From the IMG/VR virus record IMGVR_UViG_642918884_000001, positions 6,111 to 70,110 of that record: DNA of 64,000 bases, one strand, 5' to 3'. Position 1 is the first letter of the stretch, and each line of letters starts with the position of its first letter. Below the pieces are notes generated by a model. The model searched no databases. It was given only the letters and a program-made list of their open reading frames with translations, and had not been told where the DNA came from. Shown in pieces: positions 38,004-47,468 of the stretch. The DNA comes from a virus (lineage: Duplodnaviria > Caudoviricetes). The position numbers were made by a program, and so were the translations under genes.

Positions 38004-38188
38004 AGTGGCGATTGCATCCCGAACCGTATAGTAAGCAGTACGCGAAGGGTCCGCACTGGCGATATTGCACGGATGAGCAATGTCCATTGCAGCACGTGTT
38101 CTGGGAACCATTCAAACCGATAACCGGACAGGAAATCGACCTTTCATACCTGCCGAAACCGACGTGGAAACAGGAGCGTAATCGATGA
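38000..38188 (+). CDS. Small hypothetical protein
   Basis: ATGA coupling at both ends. Confidence 0.65.
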   Translation: MKWRLHPEPYSKQYAKGPHWRYCTDEQCPLQHVFWEPFKPITGQEIDLSYLPKPTWKQERNR

Positions 38189-40197
38189 GCGATCCAAAAG
38201 TGCGCTGGCGGGTCGGGCTGTGGTCGTCAAAGAAACGGGTGTGGGTCACGTTTCCGTTTGACCGGCGTGTGATCGAAATGCTCAAAGAACGCGTGCCGGG
38301 TGGCCGGTGGGATTCCAAGGAAAAGTTCTGGCATTTTCCCCTGGATATGGACGTGTGCCGTGATATCCGTTCTGTCGCAGACCATTTCGGATTCGGGCTG
38401 GCAATCGAACCGGAACTTGCGTCGTGGGCGCGTAAAGAGAAGACCCGATACTCGCATGTGCTTGCGCCAGAAGCGAATACGGACCAGTGGCAAAATCTGC
38501 TGCCGCGCTTGCAATCTGAACGTCCGGTCTTGTTCAGCGCGATGCGTGACATCGCGACCAAGGCAGACGGCACGCAGGGAACGCCGTGGCAGATTCTCGG
38601 CGCGGCGTTCATGGCCGCACAGAAGCGCGTCTTGCTGGCCGACCAGCCGGGTCTCGGCAAGACGATCCAAACCCTTTCGGCGGTAGCCGAATTGGGGATC
38701 TCCGGTTGCATCCTCGTGGTAGCTCCGAGGTCGGCTGTGGCCGTGACATGGCCCGAGGAAATCGCGCAATGGCTTGGCGAAGACGAAAAGATTTTCGTCA
38801 TTAACGCCACGATCAAGCCTGCCGAACGACGCGAACAGGTTCGGGCTGCCCGAGATTGGGCGGCGAAAGGTAACCGTTCGTGGGTACTTTGCGGTCCGAA
38901 CTATCTGCGAATCAAGGCCGATGTTGACGACAACACCGGCGATTATCTTCGGGATGACAAGGGCAACAAGATCATTCGCGCGGTGAACGAATGCGTGCCA
39001 GATCTGTTCGGCGTCAAGTGGTCTGCGGTGATCGTGGACGAATCGCACCAAACCCTTGCTGGCGCAACAGGAAACAAAAAGCGCCAGTCGTCGCAACGTC
39101 TCGGTCTCGGCGCTCTCGACACCGCGCCGGATGCGTTGCGAATCGCAATCTCTGGAACACCCTTCCGAGGCAAGACGGAAAACCTGTGGGGAACGCTCAA
39201 CTGGCTGTACCCCGACAAGTACACGTCCTATTGGAATTGGATCAAGCGACACTACGGAATCAAAGATTCCGGCTCGTCGTTCGGAAGCGGAATTGTCAAG
39301 GGCGACAACATTCTTGACGAGAAGCGATTCTTTTCCGAGCTGAAACCGGTGATGGTTCGCCGCACGAAAGCCGAAGTTCGCGAGTCGCTGCCGCCGAAGA
39401 TGTACGGCGGAACTCATCTGGACCCGAATGACCCGACGACGCCGGTTGCCGTGTGGTTGCCCATGTCGCCGAAGCAAGAGAAGCAGTACCGCGAGATCGA
39501 ACGCGAAGCGCTGATCAACATCGGCGGCGAAGATGAGATCACGGTCAACGGCGTGCTCGCAGAAATGACCCGCTGCAAGCAGATTGCGAACTCTTGCCTC
39601 AAGACCGATGGTTTCAAGTCCGATGGCAACCCCAAAGTTGTCCCGGTTTTCCCGTCAAACAAGGCGGAATGGATTCACGATTTCCTGGTGGATCGAATCG
39701 AGAATGGCACGAAAACCATTGTGGCATCTCAGTTTACGGGATTCCTCAACACGCTGAGTGCCGAACTTGAGAAGAAAGGAATCAAGCACTATCTCTACAC
39801 TGGCGCGACAAATGAGCCGGAACGCAAGAGAATTCGTAAGGAATTCCAGTCAGAATCCGGCGACATGGTTGTTCTTTTGAACACCAAATCCGGTGGCGTT
39901 TCGCTCACCTTGGATCTGGCCGACGACGTTGTAATCGTTGACCAGACATGGATTCCCGATGATCAGGAACAGGTAGAGGACCGCGCGCACCGCGTGAGCC
40001 GAAACCACAATGTGGTGATCTGGAATCTTGCGTCGCTCGGCACTATTGACGAAGATATTGCCGTGCTCAATACTGAACGAGGCGAAGCGATTTCGTCTAT
40101 TCTGGAAAAGCAGCGTGGCGTGAGCTACGCGAAGAAGCTCTACGCCAAGGTTGCGGCCCGCGTAGACAAGAGAGAATCGGACAAGCAGGCATCATGA
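38185..40197 (+). CDS. SNF2-family (SF2) DNA helicase
   Basis: LLADQPGLGKT (Walker A), VIVDESH, SGTP, GGVSLTL and QVEDRAHR motifs. Confidence 0.95.
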   Translation: MSDPKVRWRVGLWSSKKRVWVTFPFDRRVIEMLKERVPGGRWDSKEKFWHFPLDMDVCRDIRSVADHFGFGLAIEPELASWARKEKTRYSHVLAPEANTDQWQNLLPRLQSERPVLFSAMRDIATKADGTQGTPWQILGAAFMAAQKRVLLADQPGLGKTIQTLSAVAELGISGCILVVAPRSAVAVTWPEEIAQWLGEDEKIFVINATIKPAERREQVRAARDWAAKGNRSWVLCGPNYLRIKADVDDNTGDYLRDDKGNKIIRAVNECVPDLFGVKWSAVIVDESHQTLAGATGNKKRQSSQRLGLGALDTAPDALRIAISGTPFRGKTENLWGTLNWLYPDKYTSYWNWIKRHYGIKDSGSSFGSGIVKGDNILDEKRFFSELKPVMVRRTKAEVRESLPPKMYGGTHLDPNDPTTPVAVWLPMSPKQEKQYREIEREALINIGGEDEITVNGVLAEMTRCKQIANSCLKTDGFKSDGNPKVVPVFPSNKAEWIHDFLVDRIENGTKTIVASQFTGFLNTLSAELEKKGIKHYLYTGATNEPERKRIRKEFQSESGDMVVLLNTKSGGVSLTLDLADDVVIVDQTWIPDDQEQVEDRAHRVSRNHNVVIWNLASLGTIDEDIAVLNTERGEAISSILEKQRGVSYAKKLYAKVAARVDKRESDKQAS

Positions 40198-40466
40198 CGA
40201 CAGCAAGGATTGACTGGCGAAAGCACGACAGAAACGCACCCGAATCCACCTATGTTCGGCTGGCGAAAGTTGGGGATATCCTCAAGTTCCCCAACGATTC
40301 TCGGCTCTGGCAGGTGGAGAGCGTGACCGAAACCAAGAGTCTTCTGGGACTCTGGAAAGTCAAGTTCTACGGGCGATCCACGCCGATGGCTTTCGGCAAG
40401 CTGGACCGGGCGAAGCTGTGGTTCCGTTTCGCCAATCGCGACAAGATCGAACAGCTCGTCGCGTGA
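40194..40466 (+). CDS. Hypothetical protein
   Basis: ATGA coupling. Confidence 0.7.
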   Translation: MTTARIDWRKHDRNAPESTYVRLAKVGDILKFPNDSRLWQVESVTETKSLLGLWKVKFYGRSTPMAFGKLDRAKLWFRFANRDKIEQLVA

Positions 40467-40801
40467 ACCGAATCCGGACAATGGGCGCGGTTGCTGCACT
40501 GGCGATTTCGGTCGCCGGATGCAGCAACCCGCCAGAGCGCGGCGTCGTCACGGACGCGAGTTACACCCCGGCGTGGGTACAGGTCATCCCCGGCACGACA
40601 ACATGCGCCGGGAATCCGCCGATCTGCACTTCTACTCCGATGCAGGTAATTCCGTGGCCGGATCGGTGGGAAATCGAAATCACCGATACCCGTGGGGAAT
40701 CCGGCTGGCGTGAACTGTCGGAAGCCGAATACGAACGGTGCAATTTGGCCGAGGTCTATCCAGAATGCACCGACCCGATGATTGGAGACGCGAGGCAATG
40801 A
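40463..40801 (+). CDS. Putative lipoprotein
   Basis: Signal peptide with lipobox VAG-C; GTGA coupling. Confidence 0.7.
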   Translation: MNRIRTMGAVAALAISVAGCSNPPERGVVTDASYTPAWVQVIPGTTTCAGNPPICTSTPMQVIPWPDRWEIEITDTRGESGWRELSEAEYERCNLAEVYPECTDPMIGDARQ

Positions 40802-41484
40802 GATCTTGCAGCGAACACGGGGACAACAGCAACGTTTGCGATTCCGCAGGTTGCTTTCCGAGCGCCGGTTCATCGCCGTGGGAGCGCGGTGAAGAACTGA
40901 CCGAACTTGACCGGCCTTTCCAAGAGCCGGTCCCCACGGCAGAAACCGTGGACTGGTCAACGATGGGCGCGAATAAGATTGTCGCACTGCCCGATCCGAA
41001 TACGGTTTACGTTCTGATGGAAGACGCCGGTTACGACGGCAAAAATATCTCGTGCGTTTTCTCTGACGAAGCCGAGGCGAATTCCTATGCAGAGGTTCGC
41101 AATCAGTTCGCCGAACACGGAATCGTCTACGAGGTTGAGCCGTGGCCGATTGGCCGACCGGGATGCGACGAAACAGAGCCACACTACGACGGACCCGTGT
41201 GGGAAATCCGGTGGGATTTGCAGTACAACGCAGACCGCGAAGTTGCGCCAATGCTTAAGCACCGCTGGCATTCTGGCCGGATACCTCCGGACTGCGGTTT
41301 CAAGTACAACCCGACCGACCGAGGTTTCATCCTGTGGGGAATGGACCGTGATGCGGTGATTCGGCAGGCCGAAGCCGAAGCGGCCAAACGGGTTTCGGCA
41401 GAACTGGAACGACTGCGAATCGCTGCCGAACAGAGGGCGAATCGCACAAGATTCCGGATCGATTCGGAGCACGAATTCGGATGA
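40798..41484 (+). CDS. Hypothetical protein
   Basis: ATGA coupling; GGAGA RBS. Confidence 0.7.
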   Translation: MRSCSEHGDNSNVCDSAGCFPSAGSSPWERGEELTELDRPFQEPVPTAETVDWSTMGANKIVALPDPNTVYVLMEDAGYDGKNISCVFSDEAEANSYAEVRNQFAEHGIVYEVEPWPIGRPGCDETEPHYDGPVWEIRWDLQYNADREVAPMLKHRWHSGRIPPDCGFKYNPTDRGFILWGMDRDAVIRQAEAEAAKRVSAELERLRIAAEQRANRTRFRIDSEHEFG

Positions 41485-41804
41485 GTACCCTCTGGATTTC
41501 TCTCGCGTCCGTCTCTGCTTTTCTGGTCTACGCCGGTTCGTGCCTGTTGACCTTTCGGGCATTCATGGTAATGAGAAAAGAAACGGAATCGGTCAAAAAC
41601 CGAGTTTCGGCGCTTGAGACGCACATGTTACGTTTCCAGCAGCCAGAAGCTATCGCCGATGACATGGAAGCGACCGCTGACCTGATTGAGGCCCGCATGG
41701 CGGGTCGGCAGGCGATGCCGAGACCGGGGAGTCTGCCTCATGCCAGAATCGCCAAACGGCGCGATCCACGCGGCAAGACCGGTTGGAACAAGGGCAAGTC
41801 ATAG
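41481..41804 (+). CDS. Membrane-anchored hypothetical protein
   Basis: N-terminal TM followed by a coiled coil. Confidence 0.7.
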   Translation: MSTLWISLASVSAFLVYAGSCLLTFRAFMVMRKETESVKNRVSALETHMLRFQQPEAIADDMEATADLIEARMAGRQAMPRPGSLPHARIAKRRDPRGKTGWNKGKS

Positions 41805-41851
41805 CGCTATAGTGAAAGTCCAACTTTCTTCGAACTAAGTTCGCGAAAGAC

Positions 41852-41880
41852 TGGACACGCTCACCGAAATCGACTAAGTT
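41852..41880 (+). promoter_or_regulatory. Putative SigA promoter
   Basis: TGGACA-17 bp-TAAGTT upstream of the 41944 gene. Confidence 0.55.
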
Positions 41881-41943
41881 AGAAAACATCAACGGACACC
41901 CCAAACGTCCACTCTCAACAACACCAGAGAAAAGGAAAACATC

Positions 41944-42528
41944 ATGACGGACACCCTGGACACCACCGAGGTCACCGAGGACACCAAGGCCGCGCAGACC
42001 GGCGAGTCGGGCGAAGAGACCGACGAGAACGGCGAGACCAAGGCGCAGGCGCGCGATTTCAGCAAGTTCCGCGAGAACCACAAGGAACTGGCCGACTTCA
42101 TCAACTCGCACCCCGAGTTCGTCGCTTCGGAGCTGGCCGCGCTGGAACCGGGACAGGTGAAGGCGGTTCTGGCGCTGCGGGCCGACTTCAACAAGTTGCC
42201 CGAGCAGGTCGCCAAGCGCGCGGAGCGCAAGAAGGAACTCGAAGCCGAGAAGGCCAAGTTCGCCGGTCTGTCGCCCGAGCAGATCAAGGCCACCAAGGCT
42301 GCCGACCGCGCGGCGAAGCAGGCCGAGAAGATGCGCGAGAAGGCCGAAGAGGCGATGCGGCGCGCCGAGGAATTGAAGGCCGCTGCCAGTGGCAGCGCCG
42401 CCGATCTCGCGGCAGCCGTCGAAGCGCAGACCGCCGAGGCAGAGCCGGTGGCCGAGGTCGAGACCCCGGCAGAGCCGGTGGCCGACGAGAAGCCCAAGCG
42501 GCTCGGTCGGACTCGTCGGTCCAGCTAG
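41944..42528 (+). CDS. Ala/Glu/Lys-rich coiled-coil protein, probably highly expressed
   Basis: Near-exclusive G/C third positions; AAAAGGA RBS; own promoter; basic tail KPKRLGRTRRSS. Confidence 0.85.
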   Translation: MTDTLDTTEVTEDTKAAQTGESGEETDENGETKAQARDFSKFRENHKELADFINSHPEFVASELAALEPGQVKAVLALRADFNKLPEQVAKRAERKKELEAEKAKFAGLSPEQIKATKAADRAAKQAEKMREKAEEAMRRAEELKAAASGSAADLAAAVEAQTAEAEPVAEVETPAEPVADEKPKRLGRTRRSS

Positions 42529-42532
42529 ACAG

Positions 42533-42705
42533 CCGGAACTGACCCGGTGATGAGCGCCGGTTGGGGTGTGGCAACTGACCAACCGGCGTTCTGAAAGCCA
42601 CAGCGTATTCTTGTCCGTTTCCGCTGTGGTTCTCAGAACGAAAACGCTCGAAACAACTGAATACACACAAACACACAAACACCTAACGACAGTAATCAGT
42701 ACCGG
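42533..42705 (+). ncRNA. Structured intergenic RNA, candidate sRNA antisense to the start-associated motif
   Basis: Stems: CCGGAACTGA/TCAGTACCGG, GAGCG/CGCTC, CCGGTTGG/CCAACCGG and CGTTCTGA..GCCACAGCG/CGCTGTGGT..TCAGAACG; loop TATTCTTGTCCGTTTC. Confidence 0.7.
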
Positions 42706-42725
42706 ACACAGAAACGAGCAGTTTC

Positions 42726-42974
42726 ATGAACGATCCGCAGGAAGCTTATCGGCAGTGGGCCGAAAAGCAGGCCGCGATGGGACGCACGGTCGCCCCGACC
42801 ACAGCGCCACAGTTCAATTCTGGGCTAGCCGAAAAGGCACCCAAACTCTACGATGAGCTTTTTGCCAAGTTCATCGAACTCACCGATTCGACTCCCGGCA
42901 ACTGGGCGCGCACGAGTGTTGGCTCATGGCAGAACCAGATCACCGGAACGATCTTCACGGTGAGTCTCGGATGA
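42726..42974 (+). CDS. Hypothetical protein
   Basis: ORF coupled (ATGA) to the next gene. Confidence 0.7.
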   Translation: MNDPQEAYRQWAEKQAAMGRTVAPTTAPQFNSGLAEKAPKLYDELFAKFIELTDSTPGNWARTSVGSWQNQITGTIFTVSLG

Positions 42975-43366
42975 GTCGCGAAACGTCGAAAATCACGACG
43001 TTCAAATGCAATTCCTGTGGAACCACACAGGTTATCGGCGGCGACTATCCCGAGTCCGTGATGGACGAACGCGGGTGGACAATCGATGAAGAAATCCTTG
43101 GGAACCAAGTGGATTTGTGCGCCGATTGCACCGCAGAGCTGAAAGACTTCATCCGCTGGGAAGATCCGGTTTGCGAAAGCTGCCGGAACAGCCAGCAAGG
43201 CAAGTCGTGGACCGGATGCACGTGTGCCGGTGAATCAGCAGCGCCGAAAGTTATCGAATCCGATGAAATTCCCTGTTGCTGCGCAGGGATCAATCCGGCA
43301 GACGGCGAAGAGATTTGCGAACCGTGCGCCAACGACAATCACAAAGGATGCGTGGGACCGCTGTGA
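42971..43366 (+). CDS. Cys-rich (multi-Zn-finger) protein
   Basis: Multiple CxxC motifs (CNSC, CADC, CESC, CEPC). Confidence 0.7.
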   Translation: MSRETSKITTFKCNSCGTTQVIGGDYPESVMDERGWTIDEEILGNQVDLCADCTAELKDFIRWEDPVCESCRNSQQGKSWTGCTCAGESAAPKVIESDEIPCCCAGINPADGEEICEPCANDNHKGCVGPL

Positions 43367-44664
43367 CGACCGAAAACATTGTTGACGAAAACCCCAAGTT
43401 TTTCATCCGAAACTCAGAACGGTCGAGTTTCAAAACCTGCCCGCAACAGTGGCAATGGGCATGGGAAATGGGTTTGGTTCCGGCGATGCCGCGACAGGAC
43501 GCACGCTGGTTTGGCTCTGGCCTGCATGTCGCGCTGGCCGAGTGGTACCAGCCCGAGGGAGCGAAGAACGGGTTCGTGCGTGGCCGTGATCCGCGCGAAA
43601 CGTTCATCGAATACTGCGGGTCGATTTACACCACGATTGCCGCACAGCCGTTTTTCGCCGAACAGGGCGAAGCCGAATACGTCGAAGCCAAGAAACTTGG
43701 CATCGATATGCTGGCCGGTTACATGGAACACTACGACGGCACCGATCCGACCGTCGAAGTGATTTTCCCCGAATACCGTTACAGCACAAAGGTTCCGTAC
43801 AATTCGCGCCAAAAGGCGAATATGGAGATCAACGATCTCGCGCAAAACTGGCCGGATTGGATGAAGAACTTGGACGACAAGTACATCGCAATCATTGTCG
43901 GAACTTTCGACATGGTTTTCCGCGACCAGCTTGACGGTTTCGTGAAGCTCATGGACCACAAGTCGGCGAAGCAGAAGACTTCCGGCGCTCACCTGGTGAA
44001 GGACGATCAGGCCGGAACCTACATCGCGGTCTCGACGGATTTCCTTCGGAAGCGAAAGATCTTGCGCGGCACCGAATCTGTCGTCGGCATGACGTACAAC
44101 TATTTGCGCAAGGGTCGCAAAAATCCCGATGACACATTCGATGAGCAAGGCCGCAAGCGCAACTTGCCGACCAAAAAGGACTACGCCGAAGCGCTCGCGA
44201 CCCGAAACGTCGGAATCGCAGCCGAATTGGAGAAACTTTCCAAGCCAAAGCTAGAGGAAATCGCGGCAAAGATGCCTGCCGATTTCAAGGTTTACGGCGC
44301 GGTTTCAAAAGTCCAACCGGCACCGTTGTTTTGGCGCGAAGATGTGCGCCGGTCGAAGAAGAATCGGATTCGGCAGATTGAGCGCATTGCCGACGACGCC
44401 GAAATGCTCGCTCGCGCAAGGGCTGGCGATATCCCGATCATGAAGACACCGGGTGATCACTGCGCGTGGTGCGACTACCGCGACCTCTGCGACGTTCACG
44501 AGGACAACGAAGATGTGGAGGGATTCATCAAAGACGTGTTCGTGCAACGCGATCCGTACGCCGATCACCAGGACGGCGCGGTGAACTCGAAAACGTCTGC
44601 CGCGAACGACAAGTCGGTGAAGTCGAACGTGCGCAAGGTCGATTTTGGAGGGAGTTTCGGATGA
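43363..44664 (+). CDS. Cas4/RecB-like PD-(D/E)XK exonuclease
   Basis: RNSERSSFKTCP, FGSGLH, GTFD...DHKS and HCAWCDYRDLC (Fe-S cysteines). Confidence 0.9.
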   Translation: MTTENIVDENPKFFIRNSERSSFKTCPQQWQWAWEMGLVPAMPRQDARWFGSGLHVALAEWYQPEGAKNGFVRGRDPRETFIEYCGSIYTTIAAQPFFAEQGEAEYVEAKKLGIDMLAGYMEHYDGTDPTVEVIFPEYRYSTKVPYNSRQKANMEINDLAQNWPDWMKNLDDKYIAIIVGTFDMVFRDQLDGFVKLMDHKSAKQKTSGAHLVKDDQAGTYIAVSTDFLRKRKILRGTESVVGMTYNYLRKGRKNPDDTFDEQGRKRNLPTKKDYAEALATRNVGIAAELEKLSKPKLEEIAAKMPADFKVYGAVSKVQPAPLFWREDVRRSKKNRIRQIERIADDAEMLARARAGDIPIMKTPGDHCAWCDYRDLCDVHEDNEDVEGFIKDVFVQRDPYADHQDGAVNSKTSAANDKSVKSNVRKVDFGGSFG

Positions 44665-44819
44665 GTTTCGGATTCCACGACGCTGATTTTCAAGTCAGAA
44701 GACTTGAAAACGAACGGCGCGAACGTGAGCGCGAACGAATCGAGTTCGAACAGGCCGCTTTTGACGAGTGGTGCGAGGAACAGTCCAAGATTCCGGGGAG
44801 TGGGGTTTTCCGAGTATGA
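44661..44819 (+). CDS. Small hypothetical protein
   Basis: GGAGG RBS; ATGA coupling at both ends. Confidence 0.6.
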   Translation: MSFGFHDADFQVRRLENERRERERERIEFEQAAFDEWCEEQSKIPGSGVFRV

Positions 44820-45205
44820 GCGCGAAGCTTCCCGAGGACGATTTCTCGTTGACCGAAACCGAGCTGCGCGCCGAACTCGCTCGGTTGCGTCGAACCTATT
44901 CGACCGAACCGGCACCGGCACCCCAAGGCGCATTGCAGATCACGAAGCGAACGCCGGAACAGGCCGTGTTCGTTTTGACACTGAAAGCCCTTGGCTTGCA
45001 AAATGAATTGCGGACCGAACGCGACCGCTGCGACACATGGCGAAAGCTCGCAAACGGCTACGAAGACATTCGTTCGTGGCTTAGACTGTGTGACGACAAC
45101 GCAACCGGCCACGCAGAGTTTTACAGGCAGGCGTGCCTGATCGTTTTCGGAAGCTACCGAGACGATGAATTCGCCGATGATGATACGGACGATCAAGTCC
45201 GTTAA
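44816..45205 (+). CDS. Hypothetical protein
   Basis: ATGA coupling. Confidence 0.7.
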   Translation: MSAKLPEDDFSLTETELRAELARLRRTYSTEPAPAPQGALQITKRTPEQAVFVLTLKALGLQNELRTERDRCDTWRKLANGYEDIRSWLRLCDDNATGHAEFYRQACLIVFGSYRDDEFADDDTDDQVR

Positions 45206-45232
45206 ATGCAGTACCGGACAAAGGAATTCAAC

Positions 45233-45553
45233 ATGAACAAGGCACAAAAGGGAATCGTGGGTTTCGTCGGCGCGGTGACCGTCACGTGGGGCGCGCTGGT
45301 CGCTGGACCGGCTGTGGCACAGGCGATTCCGCCCGGTCCGAACACGTGCGTCAGTGGCGGCGGCGGATTCATCGGCTACGGCAGCTACGAGGACTGCGAC
45401 CTGTGGCCGGATGGTTCGTTCTGGCACCGGGTTTCGGGCGGCGGTCCGTTCGCGTGGGGCGGCAGCTCTGGCCGCGTCTGTGACGGATTCCCGGTTCCCC
45501 CGGCTACCGACAACGATCCGAAAACGCCGTGCCCCGGCGTCGTGATGCCCTGA
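45233..45553 (+). CDS. Secreted Cys/Gly protein resembling mycobacterial CDGP-domain proteins
   Basis: Signal peptide (PAVAQA); CD..PDGSFWH...CDG pattern; AAAGGA RBS. Confidence 0.7.
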   Translation: MNKAQKGIVGFVGAVTVTWGALVAGPAVAQAIPPGPNTCVSGGGGFIGYGSYEDCDLWPDGSFWHRVSGGGPFAWGGSSGRVCDGFPVPPATDNDPKTPCPGVVMP

Positions 45554-45588
45554 AAAACCGAACCAACAACGAAAGGAATTGAATCCCA

Positions 45589-46599
45589 ATGGGATTGAAA
45601 GACAAGGTTCGACCGCTGACCAATACCGAGGAATACGTCAACATGCTGGTGTACGCCGATTCCGGCACCGGCAAGACCGTCCTGGCGGGTTCCGATGATT
45701 CGGTTCTGTTCGCCGCGCCGGAAGACGATGGTCTGCTTTCGGCGAAGCGTATGGGATCGAAGGCCGACAAATACGACATCAACGAGTGGGAAGACCTGAT
45801 GGCGCTTCACGCCGATCTGGTCGAACTGGTCGAAGACGGCGAGGAAATCCCCTACAAGTGGCTCTGCATCGACTCGATCACCGAAATGCAGGCCATGTGC
45901 ATGCGCTACATTCTGCGCAAGGTGAAAGCCGAACAGCCCGACCGTGATCCGGACATTCCGCAGATTCAGGATTGGCAGCGGTACTACATCTTGTTCGAAA
46001 AGATGGTCCGTGCGTTCAACGATCTGCCGGTGAACGTGCTGTGGACTGCCTTGGCGCGCAAGGTCGAAGACGCTGACGGCAACGAATTCATGGTTCCCGA
46101 AATCCAAGGCAAGGACTACGGAATCTCCATGAAGACGGTTTCGTACATGACGTGCTACGGCTACATGATGCGCGAAGTTGTCGAGAAGGAACGTCCGGTC
46201 GATCCGAACGAACCGGACGGCGAAAAGAAGAAGATCAAGGTGCGTTCGCGCGTGATCTACTTCGAAGACAACGGCGTTTTCCGTGGAAAGGATCGAACTC
46301 TCGCGCTCGGCGCGAAATTCGTTCTGCCGCCGAAGAATGCGCTCAAGGCGATTCGCGAGGCCATCGAGAACTACGGCAAGGAACCGGCGAAACCCGCCAA
46401 GGCGGCTGCGAAGAAGGCCGCGCCAGCCAAGAAGGCACCGGCGAAAAAGGCTGCGCCGCAGGGACTTCCGAATCCGGCGAACAAGCCCGACAATGCCGCC
46501 GATATCAGCGACGCGGTTCCGCAGCACACGGACGGACCGCAGCTCGAAGAGACCTCCGACGACGATCTGTCGTTGGAAACCGCAGGAGCAGAGGCGTAA
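45589..46599 (+). CDS. AAA/RecA-like (Sak4-type) ATPase with a PAKK-repeat tail
   Basis: MLVYADSGTGKT (Walker A) and CIDSITE (Walker B); lies between the Cas4-like nuclease and the SSB-like gene. Confidence 0.85.
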   Translation: MGLKDKVRPLTNTEEYVNMLVYADSGTGKTVLAGSDDSVLFAAPEDDGLLSAKRMGSKADKYDINEWEDLMALHADLVELVEDGEEIPYKWLCIDSITEMQAMCMRYILRKVKAEQPDRDPDIPQIQDWQRYYILFEKMVRAFNDLPVNVLWTALARKVEDADGNEFMVPEIQGKDYGISMKTVSYMTCYGYMMREVVEKERPVDPNEPDGEKKKIKVRSRVIYFEDNGVFRGKDRTLALGAKFVLPPKNALKAIREAIENYGKEPAKPAKAAAKKAAPAKKAPAKKAAPQGLPNPANKPDNAADISDAVPQHTDGPQLEETSDDDLSLETAGAEA

Positions 46600-46673
46600 C
46601 CAAAGCCCTTGCGCTACAATTGAATATGGTCAAGCAGTAACCGCAGTAACCACACAGAAAGTATCAAAACAGC

Positions 46674-47312
46674 ATGCCTACACTGAATTTCGGTTTCGAC
46701 GGAGCTTCCGACGAGATCAACGAGGGTTTCGGTCCGGACTATGACGGACCGCTGCCGCCGAACGGCAGCTACACCGGAACGCTCAAGGTGGCAAAGGTCG
46801 TCGCCATGAAGAAAGATCCGTCCAAGCGTCGGATCTCGCTTCTGGTGATCATCGATCACCCCGACTACAAGGGCTACCCCGCTTGGGGCGGTGTGAACCT
46901 CACCGATCAGGGCATCCCTTACGTCAACCAGTGGTTGCGCTCGATGGTCGATTCCGACGCCGAGTACCAGAAGATCCACAAGGTGTTTTTCGGTCGCGGC
47001 CCGGTCGTGGACGAGAAGAAGGAAAACATTCTCAAGATCGGCTCGGTGAAGGTGAATTCGCCGGAAGGCGAACTCAAGGTCAAGGTCACGCTCAAGCAGC
47101 GCACGTGGGAGGGCAAGACTTCCGCTGGCGTTCAGGCGTTCCTGATCGGTGACGACGGCGACGGCAGTTCCGACGACGAGGTTGTCGAAGAGGAAACCGA
47201 CGACGAGACCGACGAGCCGGATCTCGACACCGACGACGACGAGGACGCCGAAGAGGCCGACGAGTCGATCTTCGATGAAGAGGACGAGGACGCCGAAGAC
47301 GACGCGTCCTAG
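46674..47312 (+). CDS. Probable ssDNA-binding protein (DUF669-like)
   Basis: YDGPLPPNGSY start; very acidic C-terminal tail; follows the ATPase. Confidence 0.7.
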   Translation: MPTLNFGFDGASDEINEGFGPDYDGPLPPNGSYTGTLKVAKVVAMKKDPSKRRISLLVIIDHPDYKGYPAWGGVNLTDQGIPYVNQWLRSMVDSDAEYQKIHKVFFGRGPVVDEKKENILKIGSVKVNSPEGELKVKVTLKQRTWEGKTSAGVQAFLIGDDGDGSSDDEVVEEETDDETDEPDLDTDDDEDAEEADESIFDEEDEDAEDDAS

Positions 47313-47395
47313 TCGCCACCAAAACTGAAAATGGGACCGGCGGAAGCCTAATGAAAAAGGGCATTTTAGCCTGCCTGCTTATCGACCAGCCCAGG

Positions 47396-47444
47396 GATGG
47401 GTAGCAGAGCGACTGGACTAGTGGGTTCAACTCCCACACCCATT
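47396..47444 (+). ncRNA. tRNA-like element E9 (7-bp acceptor stem plus 5-bp T-arm, no anticodon arm)
   Basis: GATGGGT-agcagagcgactggacta-GTGGG-TTCAACT-CCCAC-ACCCATT. Confidence 0.65.
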
Positions 47445-47468
47445 TTCTCCAAAAGCTAAGTCGCACAA

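Noticed and set aside
42546-42654. Hammerhead ribozyme (GTGATGAG...CGAAAC)
   Set aside because: The core needs CUGANGA directly abutting stem II and GAAA; here it is GTGATGA, the stem register does not fit, and I found no stem I/III with a cleavage triplet
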